Translations under genes and position numbers: made by a program
Part shown: positions 35,163 through 42,822 of the stretch, piece after piece
How positions within the stretch are numbered: position 1 is the stretch's first letter
Layout of the letters: each line of letters starts with the position of its first letter
DNA from: a phage
Assembly: GCA_025829515.1 (NCBI GenBank)
Contig: GCA_025829515.1_4865.1
DNA: 64,000 nt
Reading direction: 5' to 3' (one strand)
Notes under the pieces: model-generated
The model's database searches: none
The model's input: the letters and a program-made list of their open reading frames with translations, nothing else
Told to the model about the DNA's origin: nothing

Positions 35163-35975
35163 ATGCTGAGAGTTATCGAACGCACGGAGAGGATTCTGGA
35201 CCGAACGTGGTTGGAAGACCGTAAAGCGTTATCGTTGTTAAACGATATCGATCCTTCCACGTTACAAGATGAACGTCGTCTTTACTACCGAATCTTTGAA
35301 GTTTTCAGTCGGGACACAGTTGCGCCCGACGCGATCGTGCTCTGTCTGGACCACGGATACATGTTAGAAGTTATCAACATGGTTCGTGCTTTAGACGCCC
35401 AGTTAACCTCGCTTGCGGATGCTTTACTCCGCTCAGCGGGGTGTAACTACGCGATGCATTTTACTCGTTCGGAAGGGGACGAATATGCTCGCATGGGCTT
35501 TTGTTGCGAAACGATAAACTACCGCAAAATTAATACATCGGTGCCAAGTCACGATGAGGATTTCTGTGGGGATGTCAGTTCGCTGTTCGATAGTAAGAAA
35601 GCGTTCTTGGATTGGGTTAGAATGCTTTACGGTACAAGCTCTATCTACTCAACGCTCGTCATGGGCGGGAGGATGATGTCATGGCGGAGCAGCGATAGTT
35701 ACAAACTGACAGTGCTCTCACATCGTGGACAACGCTGGGTTATTGGTGGATGGTTTACCGCAGAAGGGGTGGTTACCCTAAGCCGTGAGGAGTTCGGACT
35801 GTTGATGCACTGTATCCAGTCTGAATTACCGGTGGGGGATGAATTAGTTTACACTTACCACCAATATACTGGGGGACCAGCCGCAATGTGGTTATTAGAA
35901 AACGGTTGGCTACCCGAAAGTTATGTGTACGGACGTGCCCTGAAAACTACTAATGGAGAAAATAATGCAAATTAA
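35163..35975 (+). CDS. hypothetical protein (270 aa)
   Basis: ORF with AAGGAG upstream. Confidence 0.65.
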   Translation: MLRVIERTERILDRTWLEDRKALSLLNDIDPSTLQDERRLYYRIFEVFSRDTVAPDAIVLCLDHGYMLEVINMVRALDAQLTSLADALLRSAGCNYAMHFTRSEGDEYARMGFCCETINYRKINTSVPSHDEDFCGDVSSLFDSKKAFLDWVRMLYGTSSIYSTLVMGGRMMSWRSSDSYKLTVLSHRGQRWVIGGWFTAEGVVTLSREEFGLLMHCIQSELPVGDELVYTYHQYTGGPAAMWLLENGWLPESYVYGRALKTTNGENNAN

Positions 35976-36243
35976 TCGTACAGTGTCGAAGTCTAAAGAA
36001 GTCGTTTACAACGTTGAGGACGGCGACGTAATGCAGTTCCGTGCCGTTATTGACGAACAGCACGTACTCCAAGTTGTTTATTCGAAAGAAGAGATGACTC
36101 GTGCACATAGTCGCGTGTTGGAAAAGCTCGTCGCGAAAGCCAAACAACGCGACGGCATTAAATCCTACAACGTTATGTACGGTTATCAGTTACGTGAGGT
36201 GGAAGGGGAGCTGTTAATCACCCCTGTTCCGGTAACGGCGTAA
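35965..36243 (+). CDS. hypothetical protein (92 aa)
   Basis: ATG at 35965 with GGAG upstream (alternative in-frame ATG at 35953). Confidence 0.55.
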   Translation: MQINRTVSKSKEVVYNVEDGDVMQFRAVIDEQHVLQVVYSKEEMTRAHSRVLEKLVAKAKQRDGIKSYNVMYGYQLREVEGELLITPVPVTA

Positions 36244-36283
36244 TTCGCCATTGTATGACCCTTAAACACCGTTGAGGTTAACT

Positions 36284-36766
36284 ATGGATATGATCGAATT
36301 AGGTCAGCTCCCTCAGCACGATTTCGATTTAGGCGTGCGCCATGAGGAAGGGGCCGACGCGAACACACTAATGGCCCGCTACTACGAGCTACTGACCGGT
36401 CAACCGTTGGACGATGAACACATCAACCGTTTTGAAAAACTGTTGGCACAACTCATCACCTCTAACGCAGAACGCATTGGCATGTTGAACGAAATGAACT
36501 TTGCCGATGTAGAGCCGTCTGACGCTCAGAAGATTCTTATCGATGGCCCTGTGCCAAGCGATGAAGTACAAGACCTTCTGGCAGGTATCCGTGCAGGCTT
36601 CGATGAAGCTGCTGAGAAATACGCGGAAGAGCTGGCAGATGTCGATTTGGCTGCGCCGGTTGACCCGAATCCATCTGCAGAGGAGACTGCAGCTGCGAAA
36701 TTGAAACTCGCACGCTTTATCTGTGCTGCTGTCTTGACAGACGACCGTGAAGAAAACCAACTGTAA
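36284..36766 (+). CDS. acidic hypothetical protein (160 aa)
   Basis: ATG at 36284 with GAGG 6 nt upstream (track start 36272 is TTG); Asp/Glu-rich. Confidence 0.6.
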   Translation: MDMIELGQLPQHDFDLGVRHEEGADANTLMARYYELLTGQPLDDEHINRFEKLLAQLITSNAERIGMLNEMNFADVEPSDAQKILIDGPVPSDEVQDLLAGIRAGFDEAAEKYAEELADVDLAAPVDPNPSAEETAAAKLKLARFICAAVLTDDREENQL

Positions 36767-36809
36767 GGCCCGCCTCCTTGCCCACGGGTGAGGAGGTCCC
36801 TTTTTATTT
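36767..36809 (+). terminator. rho-independent terminator
   Basis: cctcct ... aggagg stem with GC-rich loop, then tccctttttattt. Confidence 0.7.
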
Positions 36810-36862
36810 ACATCAGTCCACTAACTTATGTGAAACAACCCACGTAATGAGGAATTAAGAGA

Positions 36863-37180
36863 ATGTGGTTAAGTGCTATTCATCGTGACCTGCCAAAACG
36901 TGAAGTGACTCTTTCTGTCGATGCGGAACCGATTACCGTTGGTGTCGCTAACTTCGACCGTATGGAAGAAGGGCAGTATGTCGTGGTGGACAACGATGAA
37001 AACGAATTCATGTTATTCCATCCCGAAGTTGATGCGTCTGAAATCCGCGAGGGTTCTATCTTGTTTTCTTGGCAAGACAAAGAAACTAAACAGTGGATGT
37101 GGTGCGTTGCTAACACAACCAATGAAAAAGGTACCGCGTATGCCCCAGGACAGCTTCATGTCGAACCTAAACCCCATTGA
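36863..37180 (+). CDS. hypothetical protein (105 aa)
   Basis: ORF with GAGG upstream. Confidence 0.6.
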   Translation: MWLSAIHRDLPKREVTLSVDAEPITVGVANFDRMEEGQYVVVDNDENEFMLFHPEVDASEIREGSILFSWQDKETKQWMWCVANTTNEKGTAYAPGQLHVEPKPH

Positions 37181-37472
37181 GCCCACACTGACGCACCAGG
37201 AACTGCACGTCCGTTTTATTCGGGCGTTCACACCCCCGTTAGGTGGTGAGGTACACGATCGTTCCGTGGTTGCAGAAGTTAAAGGTATCGGCGAAGAACT
37301 AATGACACTGTCTAATATTGTGACGGGTGTTGAGTTCACGTTACCGTTAAACGTATTTCGGTTTATTCCGCGCGTAAACGAAACGCTGCTCATCGACCGT
37401 GTACATCATCGGATTATGGCGCAGGTACATCCTAGCCGTAAAGAGTATGTGCGCTTAGAGATGATGGTCTAA
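37140..37472 (+). CDS. hypothetical protein (110 aa)
   Basis: Internal ATG of track ORF 36921-37472, chosen to minimise overlap with 36863-37180; start uncertain (alternative ATG at 37158). Confidence 0.45.
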   Translation: MPQDSFMSNLNPIEPTLTHQELHVRFIRAFTPPLGGEVHDRSVVAEVKGIGEELMTLSNIVTGVEFTLPLNVFRFIPRVNETLLIDRVHHRIMAQVHPSRKEYVRLEMMV

Positions 37473-37480
37473 CGCACGAC

Positions 37481-37510
37481 TTTTCAGATAGATGTTATTT
37501 TACTGAACCT
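37481..37510 (+). promoter_or_regulatory. promoter-like motif variant (TTTTCAGATAGATGTTATTTTACTGAACC)
   Basis: Shares TTTCAGATAGATGTTAT-N-TGAACC with the copy at 45886; lies just upstream of the 37535 gene. Confidence 0.4.
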
Positions 37511-37534
37511 AACTGTAAAGAAAGGAAAAAGTAG

Positions 37535-37840
37535 ATGGCTAAACAATACACAATTGTTAAACGCGCAGGTACGACTCTGCTGTACGTGGAGAAAGGTTGT
37601 GAGAACACTGCAACCGCCAAGAAACTGAACCTGCAAGGGTTTCTGTATCAAGGTCTCCGCGCGGGTTTGACCATCACTTTCAAAGGCTTACCACAGGCGA
37701 AGAATCTGCGCGTCGTGCGTGCAGACGGTGTAGAGCGTGCCTTGGTAGCCGACACCCCGGTTGATACTATCCCTGCCACTAAGAAGGCAGCGAAAGCAAC
37801 CAAGAAAGTCGTCGATAAACGCAAACGCGCTGTCGCTTAA
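37535..37840 (+). CDS. small basic protein, possibly nucleic-acid binding (101 aa)
   Basis: Lys-rich C-terminal tail KKAAKATKKVVDKRKRAVA; terminator follows. Confidence 0.6.
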   Translation: MAKQYTIVKRAGTTLLYVEKGCENTATAKKLNLQGFLYQGLRAGLTITFKGLPQAKNLRVVRADGVERALVADTPVDTIPATKKAAKATKKVVDKRKRAVA

Positions 37841-37845
37841 GTAGT

Positions 37846-37888
37846 CCCCTACCTAACTTCGGTTAGGTAGGGCTCTTTTTATTTTTAA
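37846..37888 (+). terminator. rho-independent terminator (UUCG tetraloop)
   Basis: ccctacctaac-ttcg-gttaggtaggg plus ctctttttattttt. Confidence 0.85.
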
Positions 37889-37906
37889 CCCTCTGGGGGA
37901 TATACC

Positions 37907-38359
37907 ATGTTTCAATGTTCAGTCGTCAATGATGCGGAATTGGCCGTGTACAAGCAGCGCACAATCCGGGCGCTGGATGCTGAAAAACCAGTCGATGTTA
38001 AAACGCGTGCAATCATTAGGGCATTTAGCGAATGGCCGAATATCGCAACCGTTTGGGCATTCACGGGAGAAGTTCGCAAAGACGGAGACAAGCTTCGTAC
38101 ACGTAGACACCACAGCTTAACATTTGTGGCAACCGAGGCGGGTCTTAAAGACATTAATCATTTATTAGAAGGATGGCAGCCGCACGAATACGGGAAACGT
38201 TTTCAGTTAAACTTTACTTGGCTGCGTCAAGAAGGCAACGCGAATCTCTGTTATCCAAGCTGGACGTTTAGACTCAACTATCGACCTGACCCAGATGTGA
38301 TGGAAAGAGTGATGGAGCACTGGCTCGCACTCGCAATTTTTACAGAACACAACCATTAA
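37907..38359 (+). CDS. hypothetical protein (150 aa)
   Basis: ORF after terminator. Confidence 0.65.
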   Translation: MFQCSVVNDAELAVYKQRTIRALDAEKPVDVKTRAIIRAFSEWPNIATVWAFTGEVRKDGDKLRTRRHHSLTFVATEAGLKDINHLLEGWQPHEYGKRFQLNFTWLRQEGNANLCYPSWTFRLNYRPDPDVMERVMEHWLALAIFTEHNH

Positions 38360-38387
38360 ATGAAGACACCCTTAAGGAGAATTAAAG

Positions 38388-38858
38388 ATGCCAGTTTTAT
38401 ACGGTGGTGTGGATCTGAAAGTTTTGGATCGGTTTAAACTACGGGCATCCGAAGCGCTCGTAAACGGTTGGGTCGAGCGTGGGGTACGGGATGCGTGTGA
38501 AGTTATTTGCCGTTACCCCGGCGCGACGACAATGTGGTCATGTCATGGACACGGACCATATTCTAAAAAGAACTCGCCAGGGGAGTTCCATGTAGTGTTT
38601 GTTCTTGGTGTTGGCTTTGAGCACAAAGCGCATGAGCTAGTTGCTGAGTTAATGAAAGCGGATATTCCACCGTTGTGGGATTTATCCATGGCGAGACTCA
38701 TGTACCCTGATGATGATTTCGTTTATGACCTCAGCGAAATCACCCTGAAAAACACGTATAACGCGTGGAAGATAACGTATCGTTATCTGCACACCGAACA
38801 ATCCCTTCGTGAAATTCGTAAAGTATTCCACACAGTTTGCAAAAAGGTTTTTAACTAA
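38388..38858 (+). CDS. hypothetical protein (156 aa)
   Basis: AAGGAG upstream; TAATG coupling to next gene. Confidence 0.7.
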   Translation: MPVLYGGVDLKVLDRFKLRASEALVNGWVERGVRDACEVICRYPGATTMWSCHGHGPYSKKNSPGEFHVVFVLGVGFEHKAHELVAELMKADIPPLWDLSMARLMYPDDDFVYDLSEITLKNTYNAWKITYRYLHTEQSLREIRKVFHTVCKKVFN

Positions 38859-39556
38859 TGGCTAAGCAAAAGAAACCCCGTAACAAAAAGTATAACCCGA
38901 AAGTTGCCACAGAACGTACGGCACACACCGTCGCTGAAAACGCTCTGAATCGTATCACGTTTATCGGCAGTTCGATTCGTCGCCTCGGGCCGTACGCGGG
39001 CCGTGGTTTTCACTTTACGGCAAGTCCTCGTATTCGTGCTATCGCCACAGATATGTTAGTCGGTGGGCTGTTCGACCAACCGCGACCATGGCATCTTTGG
39101 GTGATGCACCTCACTGAACTCGACACCGGTGAAATTGTAACAGAAACCGCAGTTGCCACACTCGACGATTATACTTTGGCGGACTTCTGTGAACACGCTG
39201 AGAAGTTAGTTAAATCGTTACGCCCTGAACAGGAAGAGGGGAAGTATTTCGGTTATGCATTTGTGGCCGCCCCGAACGAGCGGTACGACTTCAAAGCGGA
39301 AGAAGACCAACTCATTGAAAACTTCATGCATTCTGGACTACTTGATACGTCGTTACATCTGTCGGAAGAGCAACAGTTCGTTAGTCGTGCAGAAATGGCC
39401 AACCTGCTCGTTGGTTATACTCGGAAGTTTGACGTGACCGTTGAACATGTCAAAGAAGTACCAGAGATTGTGAGCAAGAAAGACGAGGTGGTGCTTCCGG
39501 TTGACGAGGTTGTCAGTAAAGTAGCGACTGCGATAGGGGCAACGGGGGATTACTGA
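38858..39556 (+). CDS. hypothetical protein (232 aa)
   Basis: ORF in coupled operon. Confidence 0.7.
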   Translation: MAKQKKPRNKKYNPKVATERTAHTVAENALNRITFIGSSIRRLGPYAGRGFHFTASPRIRAIATDMLVGGLFDQPRPWHLWVMHLTELDTGEIVTETAVATLDDYTLADFCEHAEKLVKSLRPEQEEGKYFGYAFVAAPNERYDFKAEEDQLIENFMHSGLLDTSLHLSEEQQFVSRAEMANLLVGYTRKFDVTVEHVKEVPEIVSKKDEVVLPVDEVVSKVATAIGATGDY

Positions 39557-39765
39557 TGAATCTACGTTGGCCGATCGTGGCTGCTGTGTTGTTTTGTATT
39601 TATATCGCCATCAGCACCAGTACCCGCACTGCAGAACGTCGCGAGACCGCAACCAGTACGTTCAGAATGTGCATTGACCGCATAGACCCGAACAGCACCA
39701 CTTATCCTGACGCGGTGAATGCGTGCCGTAAAGCAGTTGCTGAGATATTGAAAGAGGAAAATTAA
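39556..39765 (+). CDS. small membrane protein (69 aa)
   Basis: TGATG coupling; N-terminal TM helix WPIVAAVLFCIYIAIS. Confidence 0.6.
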   Translation: MNLRWPIVAAVLFCIYIAISTSTRTAERRETATSTFRMCIDRIDPNSTTYPDAVNACRKAVAEILKEEN

Positions 39766-39992
39766 TGGAAAACCTCACACCGATTGAGATAGTGTCGCCA
39801 TTCGACCGTTACGTATATGGACAAACGCAAGCAAAGAAAATGCTGGCGATTGCGCTACGTAATCGATATCGTGCCAACAAACTCAACGTAGTGGACCGTA
39901 TGTCGGTCCACAAACAGAACCTTTTAATAGAAGGTCCAACAGGCACGGGTAAAATGGCGCTGATGCGTGAAGAAAAACAGAAACAAAAGTGA
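39765..39992 (+). CDS. truncated HslU-like AAA+ ATPase N-terminal fragment (75 aa)
   Basis: Aligns by eye to the first about 70 residues of HslU as recalled ([32 protein letters not shown] ... ILMIGPTGVGKT versus PIEIVSPFDRYVYGQTQAKKMLAIALRNRYRA ... LLIEGPTGTGKM); ORF stops right after the degenerate P-loop; TAATG-coupled. Confidence 0.6.
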   Translation: MENLTPIEIVSPFDRYVYGQTQAKKMLAIALRNRYRANKLNVVDRMSVHKQNLLIEGPTGTGKMALMREEKQKQK

Positions 39993-40000
39993 GGTAAAGG

Positions 40001-41008
40001 ATGGCGAAGCTCGTTTCGTTTTCAGCAGGGTTGGATTCCACCTGGATAATGTATCAGCTGCTATGCAAAGCACCGGCCAATGAAGCACGACATGTCCGTC
40101 CTGCGTATTTCTCCATGTGGAATGGAGGTAACGCGAACTTCATGGAAATTCTTTGTAGCGTGGCCATTGTTGAACGGTTGATGGATAGACACCATGCACA
40201 AACCGATCATGTTACATGGGCGGTGCTCGGGGAAGAGAACTTCCCGCCTGTCGTTAGCGCTGGATATGCTAACGGCTGGTCGCCTCTGGTTCAGCAGGGC
40301 AATGTTGTTAACGGTCTCGCTAAACTGATGTGTGGTATTACGCGCAAACAGCACCACGCCTATGCAGTTGTTGGTTGGAATAAGCTAGATGCGTTGGAGA
40401 ATAGTCTAGAGCTGGGAGATTGGACATTAGACGAGTACGCTCGCTTAAAGAACCTCTATAGCGAATTGATGTATTTCCAAGATCATGCCGGTCGCGTTCC
40501 ACCGCTTCTAACACCTGCGTGGGATAAAGAGAAACTGGAAATGTGGCAGGAGTTGCCGGAAGATATTCGTAGGTTGGTACAGGTCAGTAACTACAACAAC
40601 TACGAATTCGCGATAGACCGTGAGAATAACGTGCTCATCGTTTATGCCAATCCGTCAGCAAAGTCGCAGAATTATCGTAGTCTTGGTATTACACCGTCAG
40701 TGGGATGGGAGATTAAAATCAACGATGCTTACAGACGGGTATGGTGTTCTGCTCTTGGTAGTGCTATTTCTGCTATGGGTTTGGACGTGCCGGCTTTTGC
40801 TAACTTTAAGGACACGGAAAGAAACCACACGACCTTTACGGTAAGTGAAGATACTGACCGGTTATGTATCACATCGTTTACCGCGGAAGAGTGGTGCGAG
40901 TATGCGCCACATTTTAAAGCGCTTCAGGAGAAAGAAAAAGAGATAGCGAAAAATGCCAAAGCAAGTAAAGCTGTGGACGCTCCAACTGGCGAAGTGGCGG
41001 ATAGCTGA
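40001..41008 (+). CDS. PP-loop ATP pyrophosphatase superfamily protein, QueC-like N-terminus (335 aa)
   Basis: N-terminal LVSFSAGLDSTW resembles the SGGxDS PP-loop (QueC VVVFSGGQDSTT); no QueC-type C-terminal Cys cluster seen. Confidence 0.4.
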   Translation: MAKLVSFSAGLDSTWIMYQLLCKAPANEARHVRPAYFSMWNGGNANFMEILCSVAIVERLMDRHHAQTDHVTWAVLGEENFPPVVSAGYANGWSPLVQQGNVVNGLAKLMCGITRKQHHAYAVVGWNKLDALENSLELGDWTLDEYARLKNLYSELMYFQDHAGRVPPLLTPAWDKEKLEMWQELPEDIRRLVQVSNYNNYEFAIDRENNVLIVYANPSAKSQNYRSLGITPSVGWEIKINDAYRRVWCSALGSAISAMGLDVPAFANFKDTERNHTTFTVSEDTDRLCITSFTAEEWCEYAPHFKALQEKEKEIAKNAKASKAVDAPTGEVADS

Positions 41009-41336
41009 AAAACGGAATTTGCCAAAGCTGGATATAACGGTTAAGTCGGGGCTGAAATATTTGGCACCCGACTGGGACTTTCTGATGGACTACAAGAAGT
41101 CTGACAAAGGCCCCGACGCAGAAGCTGCGTATACCAAACGCTACCTGCAGAAACTTAGTCGGTTGTTTGATGAAGACACTGATAAGTTGATAGAGATTCT
41201 CCGCCAGGGCGAGGTCGTACTAATGTGCTATTGCCCACCGGGGAAATTCTGTCATCGCCACTTGCTAGTTTCTTACCTTATTGAAATCGGTGAGTGGTTC
41301 GGTTATGAAGTAATTTACATGGGCGAATTATCGTAA
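40953..41336 (+). CDS. hypothetical protein with CYC-x6-CHRH motif, DUF488-like? (127 aa)
   Basis: Overlaps the 3' end of the PP-loop gene by 56 nt; motif VVLMCYCPPGKFCHRHLL. DUF488 attribution is from recollection and weak. Confidence 0.45.
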   Translation: MPKQVKLWTLQLAKWRIAEKRNLPKLDITVKSGLKYLAPDWDFLMDYKKSDKGPDAEAAYTKRYLQKLSRLFDEDTDKLIEILRQGEVVLMCYCPPGKFCHRHLLVSYLIEIGEWFGYEVIYMGELS

Positions 41337-41347
41337 GGAGAGTCCTC

Positions 41348-41743
41348 GTGAAATTGATTATGCCTAAAACAGTTCCTAATCAGGATATGGTTACGACTAC
41401 ACTGTTTTCTGAATCATTACGTAACTCTGTACGTCAGACCGCTTCACGTCTAGACGTAGCAGTTGAAGAACTCGACCCAGAAATCTTCATGAAGTATGCG
41501 TTTATTGCAGAAGGTTACGCGATCGCCCTGAGTTATGCGCGGTATGTCGATGACGTGACAGAAGCTAAACGTTATTTAGAAGGCTGTTGTCAAGTTTTCC
41601 GTGAAGAAATCACCGAGATGGAGATGGTTGACCGCGGCTTACCTGAATTTGTAAAGGTGGGTTACGATAAGCTGTTGCAATCCATCGCGGATGAAATCGG
41701 ACGTCGCGGGTTAACTGTAGTGCACAGCGCTACACTGCACTAA
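41348..41743 (+). CDS. hypothetical protein (131 aa)
   Basis: GTG start with AAGGAGAG 6 nt upstream; terminator follows. Confidence 0.6.
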   Translation: MKLIMPKTVPNQDMVTTTLFSESLRNSVRQTASRLDVAVEELDPEIFMKYAFIAEGYAIALSYARYVDDVTEAKRYLEGCCQVFREEITEMEMVDRGLPEFVKVGYDKLLQSIADEIGRRGLTVVHSATLH

Positions 41744-41756
41744 CACCGTACGAGTA

Positions 41757-41798
41757 GGCTACCACACGATCATATGTGTGGTAGCTTATTTTTTTTGT
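41757..41798 (+). terminator. rho-independent terminator
   Basis: ggctaccacac-gatcatat-gtgtggtagc plus ttattttttttg. Confidence 0.85.
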
Positions 41799-41812
41799 TT
41801 CTGGAGGCGTTA

Positions 41813-42346
41813 ATGGCAGACCGCTATCAGCCCGACCTAACACTCTCGTCGAAAGCGCTTGTCGTGGCGTTGATTAATCACGATAACGGCTTGTCATTAT
41901 CGCCTGACGAGATTGTGATAAGCGGGGTAGGGCCTATCGACTTAGGTGTTGAAAGTGCCCGTACCACGCAAGCGTACATTGCAAAAGCACGTAAACCTAA
42001 CGGTAAGAAGATTACCGTCTATTACGACCGTCTAGCTGCTAATAAGATTATCGACCCGCAAGGACCGATACTGGTTACTGTAGCTCCCGGCGACACCTAT
42101 GCTGATTTAGCGACAGTTGTAAACCAGTTGTGCGGTTTAAACTTGTCACGTGAGGACATCTCGACAGGGGTTATTACACCAACAAACGAGCCGTTGATTG
42201 CACCGATGAGTGACGATTCGCCGGCTTGGACGGCTACCTTTACATTCACGGCGTTTAATGAAAAAGAAGCTGTGGCAAGTCTGGATGAAGAAACTGTTTT
42301 ATGCATCGGTGATGATGCAGTGTTAACCTACGGAGACGATGCATAA
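41813..42346 (+). CDS. hypothetical protein (177 aa)
   Basis: ATG at 41813 with GGAGG 5 nt upstream (track start 41774 lies inside the terminator). Confidence 0.7.
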   Translation: MADRYQPDLTLSSKALVVALINHDNGLSLSPDEIVISGVGPIDLGVESARTTQAYIAKARKPNGKKITVYYDRLAANKIIDPQGPILVTVAPGDTYADLATVVNQLCGLNLSREDISTGVITPTNEPLIAPMSDDSPAWTATFTFTAFNEKEAVASLDEETVLCIGDDAVLTYGDDA

Positions 42347-42819
42347 TGGCAACTGTAGTCAAAAAGAAACGTTTGCATGAACTCGATTCTTACAACGGTG
42401 ATAAGTCGAGCGCAGTAGCGCTTATCAGCGTTGATGAAAAGGAGTACAAACTTCCTCTCAGTGAAATCGGCGGTGGTGGGGCAGATGCAAACCCTATCCA
42501 AAACTTATCCGGTGCTGACGGTGTCGTTGAAATAGATCCCAATATTGCGGACGACTTCATTATCCGTTTAGGTGACCCCACCACTGCGCTTTCTATCACA
42601 CCTATTACCGACCCGGTTCCGGGTACGCGATATGAGTTATTACTGACGCTACGTCAGGGTACCGGTGCAAACAAAATCACCTGGCCGGCTTCGGTTAAAT
42701 GGCCTAACGGTGCAGAACCTCCGTTATCGTACACGCTGGACGCCGAGGATGTGTTGTCTTTGTCATCTACGGATGGCGGCACAACCTGGAAAGGGGCCAT
42801 TTGCGGAACAGGATACTAA
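42346..42819 (+). CDS. hypothetical protein, possible virion component (157 aa)
   Basis: TAATG-coupled; Gly/Thr-rich; precedes the 1005 aa protein. Confidence 0.6.
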   Translation: MATVVKKKRLHELDSYNGDKSSAVALISVDEKEYKLPLSEIGGGGADANPIQNLSGADGVVEIDPNIADDFIIRLGDPTTALSITPITDPVPGTRYELLLTLRQGTGANKITWPASVKWPNGAEPPLSYTLDAEDVLSLSSTDGGTTWKGAICGTGY

Positions 42820-42822
42820 GCC

